Below, one piece after another: positions 25,183 through 34,792 of a stretch of 64,000 nt of DNA. Position numbers and translations under genes: made by a program. The DNA comes from a virus. The notes under the pieces are model-generated. The model did not search any database, was not told where the DNA came from, and worked only from the letters and a program-made list of their open reading frames with translations. The stretch spans positions 4,739 through 68,738 of IMG/VR virus record IMGVR_UViG_3300033149_001159, one strand, 5' to 3'. Every line of letters begins with the position of its first letter. Position 1 is the stretch's first letter.

Positions 25183-26037
25183 ATGACTACGATCCTAGTG
25201 GCAGTCGGCGATGAACACGCCAACTCAAAGGTTGGCCTGTGCCCGCCGATGATTACGCTAGATCATGCAGGGTCCTATGTTGCCAGCAAATCTCAAATGT
25301 GGCTGTGGGGCAAGTGGAAGCTCTTTTGGAAAGAAGTTGCGGAACTCAAGGAACAGCTAAGGTGTGAAGTGTGGATGGTCAATTTGGGAGACTGGGTGGA
25401 CATGAATGTCCACTCTAGTTCCATACTAATCAGCACCAATAAGGCGGACGCAGTGAAGACGGGAGTTGCTATCTACAAACCCGCCAAGGCTATCGTCGAT
25501 GAGTTATTTGCAGTAAAAGGTACAGAAGCCCATACTGGGGAACAGGCATGTGCTGAAGAAGAAGTAGCTGCGCAATTGGGGGCCAACCAAGACTTTGCCC
25601 TAACCCAAGATCCCGAAGCCGCACCGTTTTCCTGGTGGCACCTGCCCCTATTTGTAGAAAAGGTCTTGTTTGACCTGGCACACCATCCGAAGACTTCTGG
25701 CTGGCGACCGTGGACTGAACAGGCGGCAGCGGCCAGGGAAGGTTCTATCCACCTATCGGAAAGTGCGACAGCTAGGCTGCGTGTGCCGGATGTAGTCGTT
25801 CGTGGGCACATTCACCACCCCAGGGATAGCGGTTTGGTGTCCTTTCCCCGCACTCTGGGCATCCCGTCCTGGACGCTAACGGGGCCATATGGTTATCGGA
25901 AGGGCGCAGGCTGGACCCCCAAACCCATAGGCGGAATTGTCTTTGTAGTAAACGGCTCAGAATACGATGTGAAGTTCCATAAATGGAGCCCAAGAAGGAG
26001 GGAGCCGTGGCGGAAATCAGTGAATCACAAATCATAG
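25183..26037 (+). CDS. calcineurin-like metallophosphoesterase
   Basis: GDEH, NLGDWVD, GTEAH, HH, GHIH motifs. Confidence 0.85.
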   Translation: MTTILVAVGDEHANSKVGLCPPMITLDHAGSYVASKSQMWLWGKWKLFWKEVAELKEQLRCEVWMVNLGDWVDMNVHSSSILISTNKADAVKTGVAIYKPAKAIVDELFAVKGTEAHTGEQACAEEEVAAQLGANQDFALTQDPEAAPFSWWHLPLFVEKVLFDLAHHPKTSGWRPWTEQAAAAREGSIHLSESATARLRVPDVVVRGHIHHPRDSGLVSFPRTLGIPSWTLTGPYGYRKGAGWTPKPIGGIVFVVNGSEYDVKFHKWSPRRREPWRKSVNHKS

Positions 26038-26255
26038 CGGACATTCAAGCTGCGCTAGGTTTAGACAACGTAGTAGATGACCCAAGTGCCCGAACGCTTG
26101 GCGAGATAGCCAAGGCATTGGGAATCACGAAGCGCGCCGCCGAAAGCCGTGTTCAGAAGGCTGTGGCAAACGGAAAACTGGAGCGAGTGGAAGTCTGGCG
26201 GCCTGATGCTGCGGGAAGGCGCTTAGTACACCCTGCTTATCGGGTGGTAGGCTAG
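26007..26255 (+). CDS. winged helix-turn-helix protein
   Basis: TLGEIAKALGITKRAAESRVQKAV. Confidence 0.65.
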   Translation: MAEISESQIIADIQAALGLDNVVDDPSARTLGEIAKALGITKRAAESRVQKAVANGKLERVEVWRPDAAGRRLVHPAYRVVG

Positions 26256-26309
26256 CAGGAGCGGGTGAGTTCCGCACCGGACCCCAGTGGGCTCGCCTGC
26301 TCCTGCTAG
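26252..26309. terminator. long hairpin between convergent arms (probable terminator)
   Basis: CTAGCAGGAGC / GCTCCTGCTAG perfect arms, extended by G-U pairs on the + transcript; no clear U-tract. Confidence 0.6.
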
Positions 26310-26713
26310 GCTATCAAATCTGTGAAGGGTTCCCTGAGCAATCCTTCTTTCTTAAGAAACGCGAGAGCGTGCCGTAGTGCATCTTCAGCGTGCTTCATCC
26401 CCAACCCCTCGGTCAACTTCAGTTTTTTTGCCTGCGCTGCGTTCTGCACGACCAGAGGTATATTGTAGCGTTCGGCCAAGTACTTGATAACGCCGATAAC
26501 CTCGCTGGCTGGAAACGTCTGCCACTTCAGTCTATCCCCCAAATGCGGGTAAAGTCTAAACTCCTCCGCGACCACAACATCTACTTGCAGTGGTGTCATC
26601 AAGTCTTCAAGGTTCTGCCAGTTCTCAAACTGGCCGTAGCAGAATGCGTCGCGGTTCGTGTCCAAGTGACACCAGCCAGTGGTGAGTCCGGGGTCCAGCG
26701 CCAGTATCTGCAT
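26306..26713 (-). CDS. RuvC-like Holliday junction resolvase
   Basis: ILALDPGLTTG, VVAEEF, HAEDALRHA. Confidence 0.85.
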   Translation of the reverse strand: MQILALDPGLTTGWCHLDTNRDAFCYGQFENWQNLEDLMTPLQVDVVVAEEFRLYPHLGDRLKWQTFPASEVIGVIKYLAERYNIPLVVQNAAQAKKLKLTEGLGMKHAEDALRHALAFLKKEGLLREPFTDLIA

Positions 26714-26750
26714 GGTGGAGGGGGAGCACCTCTCAGCGCTCCCCGTTTAC

Positions 26751-27146
26751 CTATTCGTAGTACGCAGCGCCAAGGGCGCGAGCCTCGACGAAGGCAGGCG
26801 TATCTTTGTTCAACAGGAAGTAGATCTGTTCTGCAAGGTAGATTAGATATGGTAGGTACTGATCTACCCAGGCTGGCGCTTCTGCTGCATACGGTAGCAA
26901 GAACCTAGCCAACAGGCCAACTACCACAGCCAGCCCCAAACTTGCGAATTGTGCTAGTTCTTCATCCAGCACAGGGAACACGATTCTGATGAGCGTGAAG
27001 ACATGGCTTGTGACAGCACCGATAGTCCCGACCGCAGCAAGCAGGGTCAGGATGCCGACCAAACTCATATCACCAGCAGTTCCCGCCCAAATCCACCCCA
27101 TTGCTCCAACCCCTAGTCCGATTGCGAGTTTCTTCTCTTGTTTCAT
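26751..27146 (-). CDS. multi-pass membrane protein (holin candidate)
   Basis: Three to four hydrophobic segments; AAGGAG RBS before ATG at 27146. Confidence 0.55.
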   Translation of the reverse strand: MKQEKKLAIGLGVGAMGWIWAGTAGDMSLVGILTLLAAVGTIGAVTSHVFTLIRIVFPVLDEELAQFASLGLAVVVGLLARFLLPYAAEAPAWVDQYLPYLIYLAEQIYFLLNKDTPAFVEARALGAAYYE

Positions 27147-27307
27147 ATTACTTCTCCTTTCGGCCCCACCCAGAAGGGCAGAGCCAACTATCATCATGCA
27201 GATTCCCGTTGGGCAGAATGTAGAGACATGCTACAATCAGCCCGTTCTTGTTGCTTACGATTACCCTAGTCATGTGCTCCTTTCAGATTTGTGGTACAAT
27301 CACCTCC

Positions 27308-27880
27308 TTAGCATAGGCACCTCTTAAAGCGCCTGCTTATAGCACCCAGCATAGGGCGCATCAGCGTGTACTCCAGCCGCTCCCGTTTTACCTTCTCCAC
27401 GATCCCTGCTTTGATTAAGGGGTCCAGGTGGTAGCGCATGGTCATTATGGGAACATTCCCCAGAAACTCGCAGAGTTCTTTGCTGGTGGCGAGATCGTTT
27501 CGTAGACTAGTAATGATTTTTGCCCTGCTAGGATGCGCGACGACTCTCAGCATATGAACCGTCCATGCCACTAGCTGTTCTTCTGGGATAGGGAATACTT
27601 GAATGTATCCTAACTCAGTGAGCTCAAACAGCACTTCTTCCAGTACCGCGCGCGGTACATCGAGCCACTCCGCGAGTTTCCCAGCGACACATAGGGTTGT
27701 GGCGGACTCCACCAGTAAACCGCCTGCCTGGCTAAAAAGCCGCACCACTTCGTTGGCAATGGACCATCCAGCATTAGGGTCCACGGGCGTGAACTCATCC
27801 TTGACCATTTTGGTAATGGGCGGAACGTGCTCCAAGCAAGTTGCCCATTCTAGCCCTTTACTCGTCAGTGTTACTTTCAT
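27308..27880 (-). CDS. ArsR-like winged-helix transcription regulator
   Basis: AHPSRAKII..ELCEFL..RYHLDPLIKAGIV. Confidence 0.7.
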   Translation of the reverse strand: MKVTLTSKGLEWATCLEHVPPITKMVKDEFTPVDPNAGWSIANEVVRLFSQAGGLLVESATTLCVAGKLAEWLDVPRAVLEEVLFELTELGYIQVFPIPEEQLVAWTVHMLRVVAHPSRAKIITSLRNDLATSKELCEFLGNVPIMTMRYHLDPLIKAGIVEKVKRERLEYTLMRPMLGAISRRFKRCLC

Positions 27881-28094
27881 CCTTTGTCCTTTCTATCTTG
27901 GTCACCAAGCAGCTCGACTTGCCTTTTTCTGGGCACTTCGGGCAGTCGAGTGCTAGCTTATCTGACAGATAGACCATGTCTGTATCAGCACTTAGGAACG
28001 CGGTCTTGGCAACCGCCCCGCAATGTAGCTCTAACACCCAGTCTCCGTCAACGAACTGAGCTTTTATGACGTTTTCTACTCCGGTGATGTACAT
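27858..28094 (-). CDS. hypothetical Cys-containing protein
   Basis: Coupled ORF in leftward operon. Confidence 0.45.
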   Translation of the reverse strand: MYITGVENVIKAQFVDGDWVLELHCGAVAKTAFLSADTDMVYLSDKLALDCPKCPEKGKSSCLVTKIERTKDESNTDE

Positions 28095-28551
28095 GGCTCA
28101 TCCGCTGTTTTCATTTCCCACATGTACCCGCACTCAGTACACCTACATACCAACTTTCCGCTTTCGTAGTCCCCATCATCCCATTCATAGGTTCTTTGGA
28201 TGTACGCCTTACACTTCGGGCATGTTTCACGAAAGTCCATCATTTCAGTCTCCTTTTCAGCCAAAACACACCATTTACAGCCAGTAAACGAATGTCGTGG
28301 CTGGACAACCTTGTCGCCTTTCCGCAACGCTTGTCCACTAGCCGCTCTGCTTGCTCCGCCATAATCTGGCGGCGTTGGTCAATTGGTAAAGTCATTACAT
28401 GACGCTTGTAACCTATCCCATCCATCGATAACACCGTCCCTGGGGTATTGTCTATGCCTGAATTATACTTGGCTTCAACTCGTCGGCACTTGCCAATATC
28501 TGCTGACGTTTTGTACTGTCTACCACTACCCGCCTCCGCGTATCGGTTTCA

Positions 28552-28932
28552 TCACTCCTCCTCTATCACGTAGCACTCTACTCGCGTCGTGTCTCTCGTC
28601 CCGTCCGTCAGAACGTCCATAGCTGTGGGGCTGAGATCAACGCACACGTTCCAGCCCGCCAAGTAGCCAGTATCGGTAACCCTGACCTTCACGCGCCTGC
28701 CAGTCCCTGCATCTACCACTAGCAGCCACTTGCCCGCCAGGCTCGGCCACATAGCGTCGTCTACAGCAACCGTCATCTGCGTGCCTGTGTACACGTCGCC
28801 ATTACGCATGACCCGCCCGATGTACGGAGCTCCGTACCACGTCGCCAGGCCTGTCAACACCGGCTCCAGCGGCGCGTTCATGCCGCCAGCACCAGCGACG
28901 CCGAGCGCGAAGGCAAGGATTAGGCGGAGCAC
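28552..28932 (-). CDS. secreted RlpA-like double-psi beta-barrel protein (possible lytic transglycosylase)
   Basis: Signal peptide; GLATWY..MRNGDVY..TVA..VRVTDTG..VDLS. Confidence 0.75.
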   Translation of the reverse strand: MLRLILAFALGVAGAGGMNAPLEPVLTGLATWYGAPYIGRVMRNGDVYTGTQMTVAVDDAMWPSLAGKWLLVVDAGTGRRVKVRVTDTGYLAGWNVCVDLSPTAMDVLTDGTRDTTRVECYVIEEE

Positions 28933-29116
28933 GGTTTCACAACCTCTTCTGGCCTATGCCATGTTCTTGTGTGCCATTCATGGCCGCATACCTGACAAAA
29001 GTACTCTGTAGTCACGCCCTTGCTACCAAAGTCGTAGGGCGGGGCATCTTCGATACAACGCACTAGAATGTGCTTGTCATTCCCGCACACTGGGCACCCA
29101 CGATGTTTCGCTGTCC

Positions 29117-29275
29117 TCACTCCACCTCCCCGCACATCTCCAGGATCATATCCACATCTCTCTGCATCGCGTCCAGGCGCTCTTCCAACACGTCCAACCT
29201 GTCCGGCGGGGGCGTGTTATTCCTGACGCACGCTATGAGTAGTACCGCGAGCGGTATGAGTAATAAACGTTTCAC
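29117..29275 (-). CDS. small lipoprotein (52 aa, not in ORF track)
   Basis: GTG start; MKRLLLIPLAVLLIA-C lipobox-like signal followed by short coiled coil. Confidence 0.55.
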   Translation of the reverse strand: MKRLLLIPLAVLLIACVRNNTPPPDRLDVLEERLDAMQRDVDMILEMCGEVE

Positions 29276-29577
29276 TTTGCCTTCCCCCTTGCCTTCTCCA
29301 ACGCTACGGCGAGCGCGCCGAATACTTCCGCCTTGAGTGGACTACGGTCATTCTCCTCTTCCCAGGTCAGGTCAGTAGGCCGCCGCTCCGGAATAGGCAA
29401 GTAACGAGGTGCGTTGTCTAGCACATCCAGCTTCTTCTCTAGGTAGGCTAGAAAATACCAAAACTGGCGCTTACGGCGATTCCATATCACTGCAGGCGTC
29501 TCTTCCCCATTAGGCCGAAATAGCATCATTTCATAACCAGCTTGCTCTATTGCCCTCAGCACCGTCGTCGCTTTCAT
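29272..29577 (-). CDS. hypothetical protein
   Basis: Translationally coupled on both sides. Confidence 0.5.
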   Translation of the reverse strand: MKATTVLRAIEQAGYEMMLFRPNGEETPAVIWNRRKRQFWYFLAYLEKKLDVLDNAPRYLPIPERRPTDLTWEEENDRSPLKAEVFGALAVALEKARGKAK

Positions 29578-29762
29578 TCTAGCGCGTTCGCTATCCGCGT
29601 CAACTGGATGCGGATCTCCACTACTTCCTGATATATCTCATACAGGCAAGCATTCGTACGAGAGTAATCCCAACACTTGTCGCGTGGCATTTTTCTTGCG
29701 GGCGTTATACATCCACACAACATTACCGCAACCAACAGCAAGACCAACAGTTTCCGTTTCAT
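29574..29762 (-). CDS. small lipoprotein
   Basis: MKRKLLVLLLVAVMLCG-C lipobox-like signal. Confidence 0.6.
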   Translation of the reverse strand: MKRKLLVLLLVAVMLCGCITPARKMPRDKCWDYSRTNACLYEIYQEVVEIRIQLTRIANALE

Positions 29763-30606
29763 GATCCCTCCTCAAACGCCCCTGTCATTATAATATCGCC
29801 AGGCCCGTTCCAGAAATCACTCCCCCCAAGTCGCTCTTCTAGCTTGACCACAGCCTTGCAGATAGGATCGTTGCATACCTCGAAGTCGGCGTTGTGGCAT
29901 TCACGGCAATGCCAAGCGAAGACCTCAGCTACCAAGTTATAGACAGCCACCTCAACGCTAATCAGTTGCGGTGTCATGGCAGTTTGCCAACTCAGCATCG
30001 ACGGCCCGCGCTTCATAGCTACCACGGTATACACCCGACTCTGCACAGAGCCAAGAATCAATCCAGTCTAACATCTCCCGTACTCTTCCCAGCGTCTGCA
30101 ACACCTGCGCCAGTTTTTCGCATATCTGCGCCTTCGAATAATACGGCGCCCCTAGTTCCGCGCTTGCTAGTAACGCGCGCTCCTTCTTAGTCAGCATCGC
30201 CACAGCCCTCCAGTTCGGCCTCAATTCTGTTCCATAAATCACTAGGCCCGTCGACATCAAAAAATGCCGCGTCATTTACTTCTTTCAGCAACGCCCGCAG
30301 CCTGCCCACTGTACCCAGCAAGTAACGAGCGTCTGCTATAGCATCCTTGTGCGCCCAAACACGGCGATGCCCCACGTCCATCGCCCCTACCCAGGTTCGC
30401 CTGTCTATCTCACGCTCCCGTTCATTCAGCATCACTTGTGCCCTTTCTTGCGTCTCTTTCGCTTGGGCAACTCTGTCAAGCCGAGATGTCTCTCTATCTC
30501 TCGCACCTTGCATTCCAGGTCTGCCGTCGCGTGCTCTGGCGCAAACCGCTCCTGGTAGTAACCCCATTCATCAATGTAGCCAATGCCCAGCATCCTGAGA
30601 ACCAAC

Positions 30607-30933
30607 CTACGTAGCATTATTCCCCCCAAACCCGTGGAAATCAACGGGTTTAGACTCTGCCTCAAGTGCGTCGGCTATCGCGTCAAACAAAGCCGCGCCA
30701 TCAGTCTGAGTGCCATTCTCTCGCCCCGTTACGCGAAGCCGGGTGCGTTTGGCCCAATAACGCAGAGTAGCGGCCTTCCTCGCCCCAAGCGCCTTCCGCA
30801 CCGCTGCTCCAAGCTTGGCGTCGCGCCCCATCTGTTCCATTCGAGCAACCGTACACTGAAAACACAAGTCTCGTCCATCATGTTCCCACACTTCCGACAC
30901 TATCCGCCCGCAGGACCCACACGTTAGTTCCAT
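30607..30933 (-). CDS. modular paralog 1 (Zn-finger N-terminus + RDxxLGAAVRKA module)
   Basis: CGSCG/CFQC; RDAKLGAAVRKA..AIADALEAE. Confidence 0.6.
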   Translation of the reverse strand: MELTCGSCGRIVSEVWEHDGRDLCFQCTVARMEQMGRDAKLGAAVRKALGARKAATLRYWAKRTRLRVTGRENGTQTDGAALFDAIADALEAESKPVDFHGFGGNNAT

Positions 30934-31434
30934 CGCTTCCCTCCTCTGCCTCAAGTGCATCGGCTATGGTATGAAGCACAAGCCCCACGTCATCCTCGTA
31001 CTCTTTGCACAAAAGGTCGCCATCTTCCCGTAACTCGACCCAAGGTCGTTCGTATGGGAATACCCCAAGAGCTTCTATCACCGCCTTCCGCACCGCTGCT
31101 CCCAATGTGGCGTCGCGCGTCGCCCGCGGATCGTGCACATATTGCCACACCCCATCGGCCGTAATGTTCGGCGGCGTCTGCCCCCGCCCGATAGCGTCAA
31201 CCTTGCGTCGTCGGTACAGTTTCATCGCTTTTCCTCTGTATCCAGTACGTCGGCTATGGCGGTAGCTATAACACGTACTGTGCTATGATAATGCCTGTTT
31301 TTGAGAGCAACCTTACGTGCGTAGCGGTCTGCGCTAAGGGCAACCTCGCGCAGATAGCCTATCTGTGCCTCGCGCGACCAATTCACCCGCGTCGCCACTG
31401 CCTTCCGCGCCGCTGCCCCCAATGCGGCGTCGCG
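30791..31434. repeat. three ~35-bp imperfect direct repeats
   Basis: GCCTTCCGC(A/G)CCGCTGC...GGCGTCGCG at 30791-30825, 31083-31117, 31400-31434. Confidence 0.8.
30878..31225 (-). CDS. modular paralog 2
   Basis: RDATLGAAVRKA..TIADALEAEE. Confidence 0.6.
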   Translation of the reverse strand: MKLYRRRKVDAIGRGQTPPNITADGVWQYVHDPRATRDATLGAAVRKAVIEALGVFPYERPWVELREDGDLLCKEYEDDVGLVLHTIADALEAEEGSDGTNVWVLRADSVGSVGT

Positions 31435-31587
31435 AGCAACTCCTTCTGCCATCTCTAGGTGCACACACGTACATCGCCCGCCATCCATACTCATAACATC
31501 ACACTCGTGCTCGGTGACCTGCAACACCGCACCCACTGGCGGCGGAGTCTCAATGTCATTTGCATAATACGATAGGCATTTACGCAT
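31222..31587 (-). CDS. modular paralog 3
   Basis: RDAALGAAARKA..AIADVLDTEE. Confidence 0.6.
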   Translation of the reverse strand: MRKCLSYYANDIETPPPVGAVLQVTEHECDVMSMDGGRCTCVHLEMAEGVARDAALGAAARKAVATRVNWSREAQIGYLREVALSADRYARKVALKNRHYHSTVRVIATAIADVLDTEEKR

Positions 31588-31932
31588 CACTTCCCTCCTC
31601 TGCCACAGCCAACAACGCCGCGACCCAGATACTAGCTTCCCAGTCTGATACTTCTCCGTTCCATACCACAAAGCCCTTGTCCGTTCGTTTCCACGTCCGC
31701 ACCCACCCGCCGCGCCAGACAGCGAGCATTGGAGCTTTGGTATCAGGCGGAAACAGAAGTGTCTTCATCAATCTCCCTGTCGAAAACTCCTCGTAGGTCT
31801 TCTAGCTCCTCTCCGCACCACGGGCAATAGTGAATGTCGGTATATGAGATCGCCCCTACCTCACCCACGGTGTCGAGATGCCAGCCGCCCGCCTCCCACA
31901 AAACGATGACATATTCCGGCATGTCCTGACAC

Positions 31933-32148
31933 TCATGCGTTGTCATCCTCAGCCTCCTCAATGGCGCGCAGGGCGTCGGCGAACTCGCGGTAGACGGGTG
32001 CAGCCCGCTTGATAAATCCACCTCTCCCTACACAAGTGGAATCCTCATAGAACCTGGCCTCAGTCTCCGCCTGGCGTAACCCCATACCATGCAAGGCACG
32101 CCTGGCTATCAGCGCCCTCGCCAATCGCACCAATAATTCATCCTTCAC
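31933..32148 (-). CDS. hypothetical protein related to the modular paralogs
   Basis: RLARAL..DALRAIEE, shared with 32138-32482. Confidence 0.5.
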   Translation of the reverse strand: MKDELLVRLARALIARRALHGMGLRQAETEARFYEDSTCVGRGGFIKRAAPVYREFADALRAIEEAEDDNA

Positions 32149-32482
32149 CCTCTACCTCCTCAATGGCCCGAAGTGCGGCTTCCAATTCAGAATAAGCTGC
32201 CGCATCTTCGAGATATGGCCCTGCGCCTATATCACCGACCGCTGCCGCAAGCCTCTCGCACTGGCTCGCCTTGCGTGCATAATATTGTGCGCCGCCCAGT
32301 TCACGAGTTGCCAGTGCCGCTCGCCCCAGCCTGGCGTATCGCTCAGCGTCCTCGGCCCGGACATAACCCGACCCGCGAATCCACCCTTCCGCCTCACAGA
32401 CAGGGCATATCCAAAGAGGATCGTCGTCCACATACCCAGAGCCATTGCAGGCTGGGCATATTCTGTACAGCTTCTCAGTCAT
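32138..32482 (-). CDS. DnaJ-type Zn-finger protein related to 60147-60470
   Basis: MTEKLYRICPACNGSG..AEDAER. Confidence 0.6.
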   Translation of the reverse strand: MTEKLYRICPACNGSGYVDDDPLWICPVCEAEGWIRGSGYVRAEDAERYARLGRAALATRELGGAQYYARKASQCERLAAAVGDIGAGPYLEDAAAYSELEAALRAIEEVEGEG

Positions 32483-32831
32483 GTTTTCCCCAGTCACGGC
32501 CTTTCACAGCCTGCAAGTACGGTACCTTCACCCGCCATGTGCCGCTATCAAACAGTTCAATCCCAGCTTCCGAAATGGTGTACTTTGACGGTTCTACTTC
32601 CTGGATCAACCCTAGGTTTAGAAGGCGCCTAACCATTGTACTCCGCGTGCCGTACCCGTGAAGAATTACCTTGCCTTGGTACACTATTCTAGGGCCTTCG
32701 TACGCGCCAAACGTGTATTCTATGGTGGCCCCGCGCCGCAACAATCCCAGGACCTGCAACTGGCGGGTGCTTAGTTCAGTACCGCCCGCGGTAGTCACCC
32801 GTCTTCTCCCCGCAGGAGCACTTCTCGCCAC
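32475..32831 (-). CDS. winged-helix protein (start uncertain)
   Basis: LSTRQLQVL..VRRLLNLGLI..YTISEAG. Confidence 0.5.
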   Translation of the reverse strand: MARSAPAGRRRVTTAGGTELSTRQLQVLGLLRRGATIEYTFGAYEGPRIVYQGKVILHGYGTRSTMVRRLLNLGLIQEVEPSKYTISEAGIELFDSGTWRVKVPYLQAVKGRDWGKHD

Positions 32832-33145
32832 GGCCCGTCGAGCGGGTACACATAGTTGTAGCGTCGCTGCATTTCCGTGAGTAGCCTAAACCGCATCTTC
32901 TGGTTAGCTGCCTTTGCGTGACACTGCCTACAAATGCAACACATGTTGTCTATTCTGAATATTCGTTCCATTGTGCGGTTACCCGCCATACTCCTGGGAA
33001 TTATCTCGTGCACTTCCGTTGCTGGTTCCCCGCAGTTTAGGCATCGACCCTTATCCCTAGCCCACACGGCGGGAAGCACCTTATCGCGCAACGCTAGGTG
33101 CTTCTTACGTTTGTCGCTGATGGGCCGGATACGCGTGCGCTTCAT
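32795..33145 (-). CDS. HNH-family nuclease
   Basis: RDKGRCLNCG..EVHEIIPRS..N..CICRQCH. Confidence 0.75.
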   Translation of the reverse strand: MKRTRIRPISDKRKKHLALRDKVLPAVWARDKGRCLNCGEPATEVHEIIPRSMAGNRTMERIFRIDNMCCICRQCHAKAANQKMRFRLLTEMQRRYNYVYPLDGPWREVLLRGEDG

Positions 33146-33390
33146 CCAGTCACTCTTCTCTGTATCTCTGCTATCTCTTCTTCCAAGTCTGACAATGTTC
33201 TATCCCCAGGCTTCAGCCCGTACAGTTCCATTTCCCTAGCCCTGCGCCCACGCTCAGCATCCACTTCAGCCTGTTCGTCACGGCGGTATTCCCAGTGGTA
33301 GCTACCTGTCCGCCACTGCTCATCTTCTTTGCTGCTGTAGACCTTTACCTTGCGGTAGAGTTCATGCATCTTTTTCGCCACCCTTCTCAA
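33142..33390 (-). CDS. hypothetical protein
   Basis: First ORF downstream of the 33411-33439 promoter. Confidence 0.5.
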   Translation of the reverse strand: MRRVAKKMHELYRKVKVYSSKEDEQWRTGSYHWEYRRDEQAEVDAERGRRAREMELYGLKPGDRTLSDLEEEIAEIQRRVTG

Positions 33391-33410
33391 CCCTGTACGA
33401 CTTTGTCCTT

Positions 33411-33439
33411 ATTATAGCAGACGGTAGACCGTTTGTCAA
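33411..33439 (-). promoter_or_regulatory. consensus promoter with palindromic spacer
   Basis: TTGACA-N17-TATAAT; spacer contains ACGGT-N2-ACCGT. Confidence 0.8.
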
Positions 33440-33464
33440 GTGTAGCTTTGGTTACAGGTGGTGT

Positions 33465-34319
33465 TCAGACGACAACCCTGCATTTCCCCTTGAGTTCCTT
33501 CCACACCTTAGGCAGCCTGGTTGTCAAGTAGTCAACTTGCTGCCTATTGTGAGCTATGAGAAACGTGCCGTTCTCCTTGCCTACGAGCCTTAGTTCCAGT
33601 AGGCGGGGATAGACTTGTGGAACGAACAGTTTGTCGGCCAACTTCTTGAGCAACGCTTGCCACTCCGAAAGTAGTTGACCGTCTTGCTGGCGCGCTTCTG
33701 CGCGCTTGGTAACATCTTCCGCCACCGGGCTCCTGGCGGGTAGCCTTTCCCCCATCTCTATCTTGGAACGCAGGAAACCTAACGGCGACCGTATTTTGCC
33801 ACGCCCTGCTTTCTTCGTATTGTAGTCTTCGATATAGTCCCACCAAGCATAGATGTCTTCAATGCCAAGCTCGTTCTCAATGCATTTTGGGGCTAATGTT
33901 GCTGCGTTCTGTGAGCTATAGCCGAGTTCTTTAAGCTGTCTCCGTATACCATCACTTCCTGGTAGTTCTATGACGGTTAATGATGGTTTGTAGGACATTT
34001 GGGGTACCTGTTTGTCCTCCCCCTTGGGACATCTAGGGTCCCCAGTTGTCTTGGGGAAGGACATTTTCGGTAGATAGTACAAGTTTGTCCCGTGCGGTCC
34101 CTCGTTGACGCCTATCCTGATTTCCCCGCTTTTCTGTAGCTCTGCCAGAAGTCTTGTAACGTTGCGGCGCGACTGCCGCGTTTTGCGGGCCAGGCGGTCA
34201 ATGCCAGGCCAACACACGCCTTTGTCATCGGCATGGTCGGCTAGTGCTAGTAATAGCAGTAGCTTGGTTCCGCTTTGCTTGCTATGTTCCCAGACGTGAC
34301 TGATGGCCTTGACGCTCAT
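33465..34319 (-). CDS. phage replication initiator (N-terminal HTH_36-like)
   Basis: KLLLLALADHADDKGVCWPGIDRLARKT..V.R.L..L..GEI; IRSPLGFL; internal short repeats. Confidence 0.8.
   Translation of the reverse strand: MSVKAISHVWEHSKQSGTKLLLLLALADHADDKGVCWPGIDRLARKTRQSRRNVTRLLAELQKSGEIRIGVNEGPHGTNLYYLPKMSFPKTTGDPRCPKGEDKQVPQMSYKPSLTVIELPGSDGIRRQLKELGYSSQNAATLAPKCIENELGIEDIYAWWDYIEDYNTKKAGRGKIRSPLGFLRSKIEMGERLPARSPVAEDVTKRAEARQQDGQLLSEWQALLKKLADKLFVPQVYPRLLELRLVGKENGTFLIAHNRQQVDYLTTRLPKVWKELKGKCRVVV
33990..34095. repeat. candidate iterons / replication origin inside initiator gene
   Basis: GGACAT repeated three times interleaved with inverted TTGTC(C/T) copies in the linker-coding region. Confidence 0.5.
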
Positions 34320-34792
34320 CGTGCACCTTTAACGCTGTTGCAGTGCCGACATAGCGTCTGAAGGTTGTCAGGGTCTAGGCTTCCCCCACGGCTCTCTGGC
34401 TTAATGTGGTCAATCGTCAAATATCGGCGGCTCCCGCAGATCTGGCATGTAAAGTTATCGCGCTCCCATATAGCCCACCGTAGAGCAGCGGGGATGCTTT
34501 GCTTCTTTGGGAGTGGCTCCCACGCCTTCTTTGGCTTGGCGCGCGAGAGGTCTACTCGATAAGTTGCTGGCGAATGATAACTAGCTGGCTTTGTCTGAAT
34601 CAGGATGCCCTGCTTCCGCAACCTTGACATCACTCGCTGAATCTGCCGCTTGGAAAGCCCCATCTGCCATGCTATGTGTTCGATGTAGGGACGAAAACCG
34701 TACCGTTCGTTGCAACCTAGCGCCAGCATTACTCTTTGTTCTGTCCCCCTGAATTCGTAGTCCCATAGCCTCTCCATCCATTTGACGCTCAC
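34316..34792 (-). CDS. HTH + HNH endonuclease
   Basis: GTG start at 34792 after GGAGG; ERDNFTCQICG..TIDHIKPESRGG..NLQTLCRHCN. Confidence 0.85.
   Translation of the reverse strand: MSVKWMERLWDYEFRGTEQRVMLALGCNERYGFRPYIEHIAWQMGLSKRQIQRVMSRLRKQGILIQTKPASYHSPATYRVDLSRAKPKKAWEPLPKKQSIPAALRWAIWERDNFTCQICGSRRYLTIDHIKPESRGGSLDPDNLQTLCRHCNSVKGAR

Noticed and set aside
30791-31434. 35-bp repeats as a CRISPR array
   Set aside because: Spacing is about 290-320 bp, the repeats are in-frame coding sequence, and no cas genes are visible.
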